NCBI GenBank assembly: GCA_035485155.1
Contig: DATHOH010000029.1
Location: forward strand, 23,760 to 87,759
Direction of reading: 5' to 3'
DNA from: Solirubrobacteraceae bacterium
GTDB lineage: Bacteria > Actinomycetota > Thermoleophilia > Solirubrobacterales > Solirubrobacteraceae
Length of the DNA: 64,000 bases
Within the stretch, counting starts at the first letter, position 1, and each line of letters starts with the position of its first letter. The translations under genes and the position numbers were made by a program. Shown here one piece after another: positions 1-11,629 of the stretch. The notes under the pieces are model-generated. The model was given only the letters and a program-made list of their open reading frames with translations, did no database searches and was not told the origin of the DNA.

Positions 1-165
1 GAGCTGCACGACGACGTCGGCGAGATCCAGCAGCTGACGCCCACGATCGACGCACTGTACGTGCCCAGCATCGACGACTCGCTCGACGAGCAGGACGCAA
101 AGCGCGCGTTCTGGGCGGCGTTTCGCGCGCTCGGCGATTGGTACGCGGCCCAGCCGCCGTACTGA
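1..165 (+). CDS. 3' end of a hypothetical protein (truncated by window edge)
   Basis: Open frame from base 1 (ELHDDVGEIQQ...WYAAQPPY) to TGA 163-165 with GC-rich third positions. Confidence 0.55.
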   Translation, partial: ELHDDVGEIQQLTPTIDALYVPSIDDSLDEQDAKRAFWAAFRALGDWYAAQPPY

Positions 166-195
166 GAGCCGGCGCAGCCGGGCGGTCCTGCGGAG

Positions 196-1134
196 CTACA
201 TCGTCAGCACGACCTTGCCGAGCTTGCCCCCTGCGGCGAAACGCTCGTAGGCCGCTGCGGCCTGCTCGAGCGGGAAGGTCGCGGCGATCGGAACGTCCAG
301 CGCGCCAGCGCCGAACAGTGGCAGTACCTCGTGTTCGAGACGTCGCGCGGCGAGCGCTTTCTGCTCGAGCGGACGGGCACGCAGGGTCGATCCGTGAATG
401 CGCGCCCGCTTGCCCATCAGCGCGAGCAGGTTCAGCTCGCTCTTGACGCCGCCGGCGACGCCAATGACGGTGATGCGTCCTTCGGTCGCGAGCGCCTCGA
501 GGTTCTCCGTCATGTTCGGCGCACCGACGAGCTCGAGGATCACGTCGAACGGGCCGTGCTCGACAAAGGCCTCGCACGGGATCACGTCGGCGCCGAGCTC
601 TTCAACCTGCAGTCGCAGCTCCTCATTACGCACGCTCGCGGTCACGCGCGCGCCGGCGGCGCGCCCCAGCTGGATCGCCGCCGTGCCGACGCCGCCTGCG
701 CCGCCGTGGACGAGCAGGCGCTCGCCGGAGCGGAGCTCGGCCTGCACGAGCAGCGCGTCGTGCGCGGTGACGAACACCTCCGGCAGCCCGCCCGCGGCCG
801 GCCAGTCCAAGCTGTCTGGGACCGGCATCAGCTGGCGCTCGTGCACCGTCGCGAGCTCCGCCTGGCCGCCGCCGCCGACGACCGCCATCACGCGCTCGCC
901 CACCTCGAACCGTTCGGCCTTCGGCCCCAGCGCCGCGACCTCGCCCGCGAGCTCCATGCCGGGGATGTCCTGCGGTGAGCCGGGCGGGGCCGGATACAGG
1001 CCACGTCGCTGCATCATGTCGCCCCCGTTCAAACCCGCCGCGTGGACCCGAACGAGCACTTCTTCGCCCTGCGCGACCGGATCGGCGTGCTCCTCGATCA
1101 TGACCTCCTGCTCACGGATGGTGGCGGCGCGCAT
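196..1134 (-). CDS. NAD(P)H:quinone oxidoreductase (zeta-crystallin/PIG3-like MDR family)
   Basis: GLNGGD...PGMELAGEV, VHGGAGGVGTAAIQL nucleotide-binding motif, GKVVL C-terminus. Confidence 0.9.
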   Translation of the reverse strand: MRAATIREQEVMIEEHADPVAQGEEVLVRVHAAGLNGGDMMQRRGLYPAPPGSPQDIPGMELAGEVAALGPKAERFEVGERVMAVVGGGGQAELATVHERQLMPVPDSLDWPAAGGLPEVFVTAHDALLVQAELRSGERLLVHGGAGGVGTAAIQLGRAAGARVTASVRNEELRLQVEELGADVIPCEAFVEHGPFDVILELVGAPNMTENLEALATEGRITVIGVAGGVKSELNLLALMGKRARIHGSTLRARPLEQKALAARRLEHEVLPLFGAGALDVPIAATFPLEQAAAAYERFAAGGKLGKVVLTM

Positions 1135-1149
1135 CAGCGAAGCCTACGT

Positions 1150-1560
1150 TCAAACGACGGCTTCCTGCGGCGAGGTGCAGAAGGCACATCGGCGCGCCTC
1201 GCGGGGGATCTCGCTCAGGCACTCGCTGCACGGCCGCGTTTCGGACTCCGTGTCCAAGCCCGGCTTGCGCCGCGCCATCAGCGCGTTGATCGGCCTGACC
1301 ACGAAGAAGAACACCGCGAACGCAATCGTGAAGAACGCGATCAGCGCGTTGAGGAATTCGCCGTAGTGAAAGACGCTGTTGTTGATCGTGAAGGACAGAT
1401 TCGCGAAGTCCGGTTTGCCGATGATCGCCGCCACGATCGGTGTCAGCAGGTCCTTCACCAAAGCCGTCACCACCGCTCCGAACGCCGCCCCGATGACGAT
1501 GCCGACGGCCAGGTCAACAACGTTTCCGCGAAGCAGAAATGCCTTGAAGTCCTTTGCCAT
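1150..1560 (-). CDS. mscL: Large-conductance mechanosensitive channel with C-terminal CxxC...CxxC
   Basis: MAKDFKAFLLRGNVVDLAVGIVIGAAF signature, YGEFLNALIAF; start set at ATG 1560. Confidence 0.95.
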   Translation of the reverse strand: MAKDFKAFLLRGNVVDLAVGIVIGAAFGAVVTALVKDLLTPIVAAIIGKPDFANLSFTINNSVFHYGEFLNALIAFFTIAFAVFFFVVRPINALMARRKPGLDTESETRPCSECLSEIPREARRCAFCTSPQEAVV

Positions 1561-1636
1561 CCGGTCCCCCAATCTCGAAGTCAGCACCGGCTCGCGTAGA
1601 GCCAGACGGATCTTCGCAGCCGGCTACGACGGGCTT

Positions 1637-3100
1637 CTAAGAACGCTCGAGCAGTGCGACACACTCGATGTGGTGCGTCTGCGGAAACATGTCCACGGGT
1701 GTGACCTCACGCAGCACCCAGCCGGCGTCGACGAGTTCGGCGGCGTTCGGCGCGAGCGTGGTGGGATTGCACGAGACGTAAACGATGCGTTTTGGCGAGG
1801 CATCGATGATCCGGTGCACGACCTTCTTCGACAGTCCCGCGCGCGGCGGGTCGACGACGAGCACGTCCGGACGCCCGGCCCGCTCGAGCAGCTCCGGCAG
1901 CGCCGTGCGCGTGTCGCCGGCGAAGAAGTGAGCGTTGGTGACCTCGTTGCGGTGCGCGCCCGCGATCGCGTCCGCGACCGCCGGCTCCACCAGCTCGATG
2001 CCCCACAGCTCCCCCGCACGCGGCGCCAGCGTCAGCGCGATCGTGCCGATCCCCGAGTACAGGTCATACACGCGCTCCCAACCCTCCAGCGCCGCGTACT
2101 GGCTCACGATTCCGTACAGCAGCTCCGCCATCTCGGTGTTCGTCTGGAAGAACGCCTCCGCGGAGATGCGCAGGTCGAGCTGACCCAGCCGCTCCGGCAG
2201 CTCGCTCTCACCCCACACGAGCTCGGTCTCGCCGCCTGCGGTCGTCTCGGCCAGGCTGCGTGAACGCGTCCACAGCACACCCGACAGGCTCTCGCCCAGT
2301 GCCGCGCTGAGCGCCGCCGCGAACTCGCCCGCCTCCAGCTCGCCGTCGGTGGTTACGAGGCGCACCTGCAACTTGCCCGTGTGCCGGCCTTCGCGCACCA
2401 CCAGGTTGCGCAGGCGCGCGCGCCCGTCGGGCGCCGCCGCCACCCGCTCGTCGCGCCCGCGACGCGCGCCCGGCTCCACGCGCTCCCCGCGCGCGCCGCG
2501 ACTGCGCTCCCACGCACCGAGGCCCTCGGCACGGCACCAGTTCAGCGCCGCGACGCGAGCGAGGTTTCCGCGCTCGGATGCCAGCAGGCAGTCCTCGATC
2601 GGCGTCACCTGGTTGCCGCCCGCGGGCGCGTGAAAGCCGCACACCAGCTCGCCGCCACCCGCGCCATCACCGCCGCCGAACGAGTACTCGAGCTTGTTGC
2701 GGTAGCGCCACTGCTGGAGCGCCGGCACGATCTCACGCAGCTCGAAGCCGTCGAGCCGGCCGATCCGCCGCAACGCCTCATCGACCTGAGCCCGCTTGAT
2801 CTCGAGCTGGCGATCGTAGGGAATCACCTGCCACGGCACGCCTGGATGCGCGGCCACCGGCGCGATCCGCTCGGGGCCCGGCTCGAGCACCTCCAGCGTG
2901 CGCGCGTGCGCGTAGCTGCGCTTGCGCTTGTGTACGACCGCGCGGACGCGATCGCCGGGGATCGCGCCGGCCACGAACACGACGTAGCCGCCATCACCCA
3001 GACGCGCCACGCCCTCGCCGCCGAACGCCAGCGACTCAATCGTCAGCTCCAGCTCGTCGCCGCGTTGCGGACGGGGGGTCGCAGCCGCCTCGACGGTCAC
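1637..3100 (-). CDS. rlmD: 23S rRNA (uracil-5)-methyltransferase, TRAM domain
   Basis: TRAM N-terminus, YRNKLEYSF, AFFQTN, DLYSGIGT, VDPPRAG, YVSCNPTTLA, DMFPQTHHIE. Confidence 0.92.
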   Translation of the reverse strand: MTVEAAATPRPQRGDELELTIESLAFGGEGVARLGDGGYVVFVAGAIPGDRVRAVVHKRKRSYAHARTLEVLEPGPERIAPVAAHPGVPWQVIPYDRQLEIKRAQVDEALRRIGRLDGFELREIVPALQQWRYRNKLEYSFGGGDGAGGGELVCGFHAPAGGNQVTPIEDCLLASERGNLARVAALNWCRAEGLGAWERSRGARGERVEPGARRGRDERVAAAPDGRARLRNLVVREGRHTGKLQVRLVTTDGELEAGEFAAALSAALGESLSGVLWTRSRSLAETTAGGETELVWGESELPERLGQLDLRISAEAFFQTNTEMAELLYGIVSQYAALEGWERVYDLYSGIGTIALTLAPRAGELWGIELVEPAVADAIAGAHRNEVTNAHFFAGDTRTALPELLERAGRPDVLVVDPPRAGLSKKVVHRIIDASPKRIVYVSCNPTTLAPNAAELVDAGWVLREVTPVDMFPQTHHIECVALLERS

Positions 3101-3999
3101 GGCGTCACCAACATCTCCAGCAGCGCCTTCTGCGCGTGCCTGCGATTCTCGGCCTGGTCCCAGATGTGCTGGCGCGAGCCGTAGAGCACCTCCGCGGAGA
3201 TCTCCTCGCCGGAGTGCGCGGGCAGGTCGTGCATCGCGAACGCGCCCGCCGCGGCGGCGTCCAGCAGCGCGTCATCGACGCGGTAGTCGGCGAGGTCGCG
3301 GCGGCGATCCGCTGCGCTGTCCTCATCGCCCATGCTCACCCACACATCGGTATAGACCGCAGCCGCGCCCTGCACCGCCTCGCGCGGGTCCGTGTGGTGC
3401 GTGACCGTGCCGCGCGCGCCGACGGGCAACTCGAGGTCCTGCTCCAGCGTGTAGCCCGGCGGTGAAGCCAGCGCGACGTGCAGTCCCGCAAGCGCTCCCA
3501 GCACCGCGAGCGAGCGAGCGACGTTGTTGCCGTCGCCCACGTACGCGACGCGCAGCCCGTCGAGCTGCCCGCAGGCCTCTCGCAGCGTCAGCAGGTCGGC
3601 GAGCACCTGGCAGGGGTGGTGGCGCGCGCTCAGCATGTTCACGATCGGCACGTCGCTGAACGCGGCCAGCTCTTCGAGGACCGCCTCGGCGCCCGTGCGC
3701 ATCCCGACCGCCGCCACGTGCCGTGACAGCACCAGCGCCGTGTCGCGCGGCGCCTCCCCGCGCGAGAGCTGCAGCTCATCCCGCCGCAGCACCACCGCGT
3801 GGCCGCCGAGCTCGTCGATGCCCACCTCGAACGACACGCGCGTCCGCGTCGAGGGCTTCTCGAAGATCAACGCCACGCTGCGCCCGGCCAGCACCTGCGA
3901 GGAGAGCGGCGCGCGCTTGAGCTCGAGCGCGCGCTCCAGCAGCGCGTCCAGCTCCGGCGCTGTCAGCTCGGCACCGGTGATGAAATGGCGCGGGGACAT
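3097..3999 (-). CDS. argF: Ornithine carbamoyltransferase
   Basis: FEKPSTRTRVSF, HPCQVLADL, YTDVWVSMG, HDLP, QAENR motifs. Confidence 0.95.
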   Translation of the reverse strand: MSPRHFITGAELTAPELDALLERALELKRAPLSSQVLAGRSVALIFEKPSTRTRVSFEVGIDELGGHAVVLRRDELQLSRGEAPRDTALVLSRHVAAVGMRTGAEAVLEELAAFSDVPIVNMLSARHHPCQVLADLLTLREACGQLDGLRVAYVGDGNNVARSLAVLGALAGLHVALASPPGYTLEQDLELPVGARGTVTHHTDPREAVQGAAAVYTDVWVSMGDEDSAADRRRDLADYRVDDALLDAAAAGAFAMHDLPAHSGEEISAEVLYGSRQHIWDQAENRRHAQKALLEMLVTP

Positions 4000-4112
4000 G
4001 GAGTCGGCCAGTGTAGGCGCTGGTGAGACCAGTCAGGGACGACCGGTGACCGTGAGCGCGCGTGTGTGCGATCGTCCAACTGCATGAACTCGCAAAGAAA
4101 GGACCGCCGAGG

Positions 4113-5605
<1,493 letters not shown>

Positions 5606-5609
<4 letters not shown>

Positions 5610-6775
5610 GACGCGACCGCCAACGTATCGACCGCGAAGCGCTCGGGCGCGCACGCCGGCAGGAGCGCGTCGAGCTCGTGCCCGCCCTCGATCACGCCGA
5701 GGACCAGCTCCGCTGTCAGCGGGGCCAGCAGAATGCCGTTGCGGTAATGCCCGGTCGCCCAGATCAGGCCGTCCACCGCGGCGGCCCCGATCGCCGGTGC
5801 GTTGTCAGGCGTGCCGGGGCGCAGCCCCACCGACAGCTCCTCGATCTCCAGCTCGCTGATGCCCGGCACCAGCTCGTGGGCATCGCGCAACAGCTCGTAC
5901 ACGCCGCCGGCCGTCGCCGACAGCTCGAAGCCACGCTCCTCGACGGTCGCGCCGAGCACATAGCGGCCGTCCGCGCGGGGTACCAGGTAGCCACCGCGAA
6001 AACGCACAACCGTGCGCAGCATGCCCGGTCCCGCCGGGTCACGCAGCCGCAGGATCTGACCCTTGACGGGACGCACCGGCACACGTGCCGCGGACGGCAC
6101 ACCGTCGATCTGCCCGCTCCACGGCCCGGCGGCGAGCACCACGTGCGCGGCGCGTACCTGCTCGCCGCCCTCGAGCACGACGCCGCCGACGCGCTTGCCG
6201 GAGACGTCAAGCTGGATGCTCGCCACCGGCGTATGCGCGCGTACGTCCACTCCGGCCGTCTCACACGCATGGCCGAGCGCGTCGAGGACCAAGCGCGGAT
6301 CGACAGAGTGATCATCGCCCGCGTCCAACGCCAGCCGCACCGTCGGCGCCAACGCCGGCTCGCGCTCGCGCGCCTGGCTGGGACGCAGCCGCGTCACAGC
6401 CAGCCCGAGCGAGCGGCGGAAGTCGAGCTGGCGCTCGAGCTCGCGTGCGTCATCCGCGTCGCGCGCGAGCAGCAGCGTGCCCGTGCGCATCAGACCCACG
6501 CTGCGGCCGCACGATGCCTCCAGCTCGGACGCGAATGCCGGCCACAGATGCGCGGAGCGCAACCCCAGCTCGAGCATGCGACGTCCCGCGTCCCCGAACT
6601 CGACCTCGACCACCGGCGCGAGCATGCCCGCAGCGACGCGCGAGGTTCCCCGCCCGAGGACGTCGCGCTCCAGCACGGTCACCGACATTCCCCGCTGGCG
6701 GGCACGCCACGCGATCGCCATTCCGATGATGCCACCGCCGACAATCGCCACATCGACTTGCCTGATGTCGGACAT
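5606..6775 (-). CDS. thiO: Glycine oxidase
   Basis: IVGGGIIG FAD motif, AAGMLAP, PVKGQILRL, GLRPGTPDN, GHYRNGILLAP; in operon with thiS/thiG. Confidence 0.94.
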
Positions 6776-6843
6776 GCCGATGATGCTAGCCCGCGCTTCC
6801 AGCGACGGTTCTGCGGCAGGTACTCGCATGCCAGACTGCCTCC

Positions 6844-7527
6844 ATGCAAACCGACGCTGACGCTGCACAGCCGCCGAGCTCCGACCGTCGCGAGCGCCTC
6901 TCCGCCGCGCGCCTGTACATGGTCTGTGGCGCCGACCCCGACGGCAGCGAGCTGCCGACGCTGTTGCGGGGCGCGAGCGCCGGAGGCGTCGAGATCGTGC
7001 AGCTGCGCGAGAAGCACCTTCCCGACGAGGAGCTCGCATCGGTCGCGATCGCCACGCGAATCCTGTGCGAGCAGCTGGGGACGCTGCTGATCGTCAACGA
7101 CCGACCGTGGGTCGCGCGCGAGGCCGAAGCCGACGGGGTGCACGTCGGCCAGGACGACATCCCCGTGTCCGAGCTGCGCGAGCTGGTCGGTCCCGACATG
7201 CTGATCGGGCTGTCCACCCATACGCCTGAGCAGATCGACGCGGTCGACGCGAGCGTCGTCGACTACATCGGCGTCGGTCCGATCCACCAGACGCCCACCA
7301 AGCCCGGCCGGCCGGCCGTCGGCGTCGAGCTGATTCGCTACGCCGCAGCCCACGCGCCGGTGCCGTTCTTCGCTATCGGCGGCCTCGACGCGAGCAATCT
7401 CGCACAGGCGCTCGACGCGGGCGCCACGCGCGTTTGCGTGCTGCGCGCGATCGCCGCCGCCGCGGACCCGCAGCGAGCTGCTCGGGCGCTGCGCGAGCAG
7501 CTGGACGCGCGCCTAGTCGGACCATGA
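6844..7527 (+). CDS. thiE: Thiamine-phosphate synthase
   Basis: VQLREK, IVNDR, GVHVGQDD, IGLSTH, GPIHQTPTK, FAIGG. Confidence 0.95.
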   Translation: MQTDADAAQPPSSDRRERLSAARLYMVCGADPDGSELPTLLRGASAGGVEIVQLREKHLPDEELASVAIATRILCEQLGTLLIVNDRPWVAREAEADGVHVGQDDIPVSELRELVGPDMLIGLSTHTPEQIDAVDASVVDYIGVGPIHQTPTKPGRPAVGVELIRYAAAHAPVPFFAIGGLDASNLAQALDAGATRVCVLRAIAAAADPQRAARALREQLDARLVGP

Positions 7528-7949
7528 GCAGCGCGCGCGACGAGCGGGCGCGCGCCGCGCTCGAGCCGCTCGGGCCGGACGAGCGCCCGCCGGCGCTCCT
7601 GATCGCGGTCGGCCTCGCCGGACTGCTGGCGGTCGCGGTGCTCGTCGGCGGCCTCACCATCCACGATCTCTCAAGCCGCGGCGGCTCGCTGCCGGGCGCG
7701 ATCTTCCTGTCGGCGATCCTCGCCGCGCTCGCCCTCGGCATGTACCGCCGGCGCTATCTCGCGGTGCTCGGCTTCGAGGCGCTGCTCGCCCTGCAGATCA
7801 TCCTCAGCTCGCTCGCGCTGATCATCGCCGCATCACTGCTCGCAGCCGGCGAGTACGTGGTCGCGCTCGGCCTCGGCGGCTGGCTGTTCTGGAAGCTCGT
7901 TCGGGTAATGGGCCGCATCCAGGCCGGCGAACACCAGGGGGGTCGATAG
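7524..7949 (+). CDS. Hypothetical membrane protein (about 4 TM segments)
   Basis: Hydrophobic segments; ATGA overlap with thiE stop. Confidence 0.7.
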   Translation: MSSARDERARAALEPLGPDERPPALLIAVGLAGLLAVAVLVGGLTIHDLSSRGGSLPGAIFLSAILAALALGMYRRRYLAVLGFEALLALQIILSSLALIIAASLLAAGEYVVALGLGGWLFWKLVRVMGRIQAGEHQGGR

Positions 7950-8074
7950 CACTTCGCGCTGCGGCGTCCTCGGTCGCTCGCGTGCCTCTAGCACGCCACG
8001 CTCCCTGCGTCCTTGCAGCACTCGACTCTCGACCCCCCTGGTCGACTGGTCACCTTCGATAGGCTCACCCCGCG

Positions 8075-9460
8075 ATGGCCGAGAGTTCCTACGACTGCAT
8101 CGTCATCGGATCGGGGCCGGGAGGGTATGTGGCCGCGATCCGCGCGACGCAGCTCGGCCTGAAGACCGCTGTGGTCGAGCGCGACAAGCTCGGCGGACGC
8201 TGCCTGAACTACGCGTGCATCCCCGCCAAGGCGGTGCTGCGCTCGGCGGACCTGCTGTCGGACATACGCGAGTCCGAGGAGTTCGGCCTGAAGGTGAGCG
8301 GCGTCGAGGTCGACTACGCAGCGGTGCAGGCGCGCCGCGAGAAGGTCGTCACGACCCTCACCTCAGGTGTGGGTGGTCTGTTCAAGAAAGACGGCATCGA
8401 CGTGATCGCAGGCATCGGGCGGCTGACGGCCGACGGCGACGTGCTGGTCGAGGTGCTCGACTCCGAGCCGGTGGAGATCGCCGCGGGCGGCGTGGTGCTC
8501 GCGACGGGCTCGACGCCGCGGCCGATCCCAGGAGTGGACTATGGCGGCCGCGTGATCGGCACCGAGGAGGCGTGGGCCCTGCCAGAGCTGCCGGCGCGCC
8601 TGGCGGTGGTCGGCGCGGGCGCGTCCGGCGCGGAGATCGCCTCGGCGTTCGCGCGGCTGGGCAGCGACGTACTGTTGCTGGAGGCGCTCGAGCGCCTGCT
8701 GCCGACCGAGGACGCCGACATCTCGCGCCTGGTCGAGCGTGGCCTCAAGCGCCAGGGAATCGGCGTGCACACGAGCACTCCCGTCGCCGATGTGACCGGG
8801 GGTGAGAGCGGCGTGAGCTTCTCCTACGGCGCGGAGTCCACCGAGGTCGACTATCTCGTGATCTGCGCCGGTCGCGCCGCCGATGTCGACGGGCTGGGTC
8901 TCGCGGAGGCCGGTGTCGAGCTCGACGCGCGCGGCCTCGTACAGGTGGACGGCGCGATGCGCACCACCCGCGCGGGCGTGTTCGCGATCGGTGACCTCGT
9001 GCACGGACCAGCGCTCGCGCACAAGGCCTCCGACGAGGGCATCATCGCCGTCGAAACGCTCGCCGGCCGCGACACGCACCCGATCGCCTATAACGACATT
9101 CCGCGCGCGACCTTCTGCACGCCCAACGTCGGCTCCTTCGGCCTCACCGAGGAGCAGGCGCGCGAGCAGGGCTACGACGTGGTCGTCGGCAAGGTGCCCT
9201 ACGGCGCGGTCGGCGGCGGCACCGTCTACGGCGACCGCACCGGCCTCGTCAAGGTGGTCGGCGAGAGCAAGTACGGCGAGCTGCTCGGCGGGCACATCGT
9301 CGGCGCCCGCGCCACCGAGCTGATCCAGGAGCTCGTCAACGTGCGCGCGCTCGAGGGCGGCTTCCCCGAGCTCGCGCGCATCATCCACGGTCACCCGACG
9401 CTGTCGGAGGCCGTGATGGAAGCAGGCCGCGCCGCAGACGGCTGGCTGATCCACGGCTGA
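8075..9460 (+). CDS. lpdA: Dihydrolipoyl dehydrogenase (E3)
   Basis: GSGPGGYVAA, GGRCLNYACIP redox disulfide, HPTLSE. Confidence 0.96.
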   Translation: MAESSYDCIVIGSGPGGYVAAIRATQLGLKTAVVERDKLGGRCLNYACIPAKAVLRSADLLSDIRESEEFGLKVSGVEVDYAAVQARREKVVTTLTSGVGGLFKKDGIDVIAGIGRLTADGDVLVEVLDSEPVEIAAGGVVLATGSTPRPIPGVDYGGRVIGTEEAWALPELPARLAVVGAGASGAEIASAFARLGSDVLLLEALERLLPTEDADISRLVERGLKRQGIGVHTSTPVADVTGGESGVSFSYGAESTEVDYLVICAGRAADVDGLGLAEAGVELDARGLVQVDGAMRTTRAGVFAIGDLVHGPALAHKASDEGIIAVETLAGRDTHPIAYNDIPRATFCTPNVGSFGLTEEQAREQGYDVVVGKVPYGAVGGGTVYGDRTGLVKVVGESKYGELLGGHIVGARATELIQELVNVRALEGGFPELARIIHGHPTLSEAVMEAGRAADGWLIHG

Positions 9461-9597
9461 GGCGGCCGGCCAGCGGCGTCAGACGCCACCCACCGTGCTC
9501 GACTGGGGTGGGTGGGCAATCATTCAAGCTCCGCAGGCGTGCGTCGTCTGCCATCCACTGGTCGGCCGCCTCTGGCTTGCCCACTAATCTCGGCAAA

Positions 9598-10188
9598 GTG
9601 ACCACCCCCGCGGCCTTCTACTTCGACCTCGCGAGCCCGCACGCGTACCTCGCGGCCGAGCGCATCCTGCACGTGCTGCCCGCCCCGGCGGAGTGGCGGC
9701 CGATCATCGCGGGCGCGCAGCAGGACGTCACGCGCGCGCAGATCGAGGGCCGCGCGCAGGAGCTCGGCCTGCAGCCCGTGCGCTGGCCCGAGCCGTTTCC
9801 GTTCGACAGCTCGCTGGCGATGCGCGTGGCGACGTACGCGGCGTCGATCGGGCGCACGGTGCCGTTCGCGCAGGCGGCGTTCCGCCAGGCGTTCGCCGGC
9901 GGACACTCGCTGGCGGACCCCGACTTCGTGCTGATCGCGGCGGCCGCGTGCGAGATGCACCCGACGGCGGTGTTGCGCGCAGCGGAGCTGCGCTCGACCG
10001 CCGAGCGCCTGGCGGCCACTGGCGCCGAGGCTGCAGACGCGGGCGTCACCCGTGTGCCGGCGGTGGTCGTCGGCGAGCGTCAGTTCGTCGGCGAAGATGC
10101 GCTGGAACGGGCGGCGGAGCACATGCGCGGCGAGCACGAGCACACCGAGGCCGGCGCGGCGTCCGAGACGCAGGGTGGACCGGCGTGA
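9598..10188 (+). CDS. DsbA-like/kappa-class GST (2-hydroxychromene-2-carboxylate isomerase family)
   Basis: FYFDLASPHAYL, GVTRVPAVVVG...FVGEDALE; GTG start 7 nt after TAATCT. Confidence 0.8.
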   Translation: MTTPAAFYFDLASPHAYLAAERILHVLPAPAEWRPIIAGAQQDVTRAQIEGRAQELGLQPVRWPEPFPFDSSLAMRVATYAASIGRTVPFAQAAFRQAFAGGHSLADPDFVLIAAAACEMHPTAVLRAAELRSTAERLAATGAEAADAGVTRVPAVVVGERQFVGEDALERAAEHMRGEHEHTEAGAASETQGGPA

Positions 10189-10424
10189 AGGCCAACCACG
10201 CGTATCGCCTGATCGTGACGCGCGGCGGGCTGACGCCGGCGCCACTGGCGGACCCCGCGCGCGTGGACCACATCGAGGTGGTCGAGGTCGACAGCGGCGA
10301 AGTGGTGCTGTTCTGGGATCGCCCGCCGCAGTCCGCGTCGAAACTCGCTCGCGCGCTGCGCGCAGACCTCGCGCAGCTGCAGGCGGACGAGTTCATGGCG
10401 CGCTGGAGTACCGTGGAGCACTGA
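10185..10424 (+). CDS. 79-aa hypothetical protein coupled to pdhA
   Basis: GTGA overlap upstream, TGATG overlap with pdhA; VDHIEVVEVDSGEVVLFWD. Confidence 0.7.
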   Translation: MKANHAYRLIVTRGGLTPAPLADPARVDHIEVVEVDSGEVVLFWDRPPQSASKLARALRADLAQLQADEFMARWSTVEH

Positions 10425-11629
10425 TGCCGAGTCCGTCGCCCGAGCCGCCCGCGCAGAGCCTGCCCGAGCCCGAGCGCGCACGTGAGTGGCTCGAGACGAT
10501 GACGCTGATCCGGCGCTTCGAGGAACGCGCCGGCGAGATGTACGCGCGGGCGAAGGTCGGCGGCTTTCTGCACCTGTCGATCGGCGAGGAGGCGACGATC
10601 GTGGGCAGCGCGCGCGCGCTGCGCGACGACGACTACCTGATCTCGACGTACCGCTCGCACGGCCACGCGCTCGTGCGCGGCACGCCGCCCGAGAACGTGA
10701 TGGCGGAGCTGTTCGGACGCGTCGACGGCTGCTCGGGCGGGCGCGGCGGCTCGATGCACATGTTCGACCTGGCGCGGCGGTTCATGGGCGGCTACGGGAT
10801 CGTCGGGGGCAACCTGCCGATCGCGGCAGGGATCGCGCTGGCGAGCGACTACAAGGACAGCGACGAGGTGACGCTGTGCACGTTCGGAGACGGCGCCTCC
10901 AATCAGGGGACGTTCGGCGAGACGCTCAACATCGCCGCGCTGTGGAAGCTGCCCGTCGTGTTCATGGTCACCAACAACCAGTTCGGCATGGGCACCGCGC
11001 TGCGTCGCCACTCCGCGGTGACGGACCTGCAGCGCAAGGGCGAGAGCCTGGGGGTTCCGGGCATGCGCTGCGACGGCATGGACGTGCTCGACACGCACGC
11101 GGTCCTCGCGGAGGCGGTTCGACACGTGCGTGAGGAGCGCCAGCCGGTGCTCGTCGAGGCGATCACATACCGCTTCCGTGGACACTCGATGGCAGACCCG
11201 GAGCAGTACCGCACGAAGGAGGAGGTGGCGAGCTGGCGCGAGCGCGACCCGCTGCCGGCGTTCGCCGAGCTGCTGGTGCGCGAGGGCGTGATCGAGGAGT
11301 CCGAGCGTGAGCGCATCGACGAGCAGGCGATCGCGCGGGTCGACGCGGCGGTGGAGTTCGCCGACGCCTCGCCGTTCCCGTCACCGGAGTCGCTGTATGA
11401 CGACGTGTACGTGCTCGACCGCGAGGTGCAGGGCTGGTACTCCGTGGCGACGACCGACGGTGCCGCGGATGAATCGTCGGGTGCAGCGCGTGACGGCGCG
11501 CAGCGGGCTGTCAACGATGAGATCCCGCAGCAGCTGACCGATGCACTGGCCGCCGGCGAAGAAGGCCGCGAAACGCCGGGCCTCGACCGCCCAGATACAG
11601 CGGCAAACGCCGGCGGCGCGGACCGATGA
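10424..11629 (+). CDS. pdhA: Pyruvate dehydrogenase E1 alpha
   Basis: GGFLHLSIGEEA, YRSHGH, GRGGSMH, GDGASNQG...NN TPP motif, YRFRGHSMADP. Confidence 0.95.
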   Translation: MPSPSPEPPAQSLPEPERAREWLETMTLIRRFEERAGEMYARAKVGGFLHLSIGEEATIVGSARALRDDDYLISTYRSHGHALVRGTPPENVMAELFGRVDGCSGGRGGSMHMFDLARRFMGGYGIVGGNLPIAAGIALASDYKDSDEVTLCTFGDGASNQGTFGETLNIAALWKLPVVFMVTNNQFGMGTALRRHSAVTDLQRKGESLGVPGMRCDGMDVLDTHAVLAEAVRHVREERQPVLVEAITYRFRGHSMADPEQYRTKEEVASWRERDPLPAFAELLVREGVIEESERERIDEQAIARVDAAVEFADASPFPSPESLYDDVYVLDREVQGWYSVATTDGAADESSGAARDGAQRAVNDEIPQQLTDALAAGEEGRETPGLDRPDTAANAGGADR

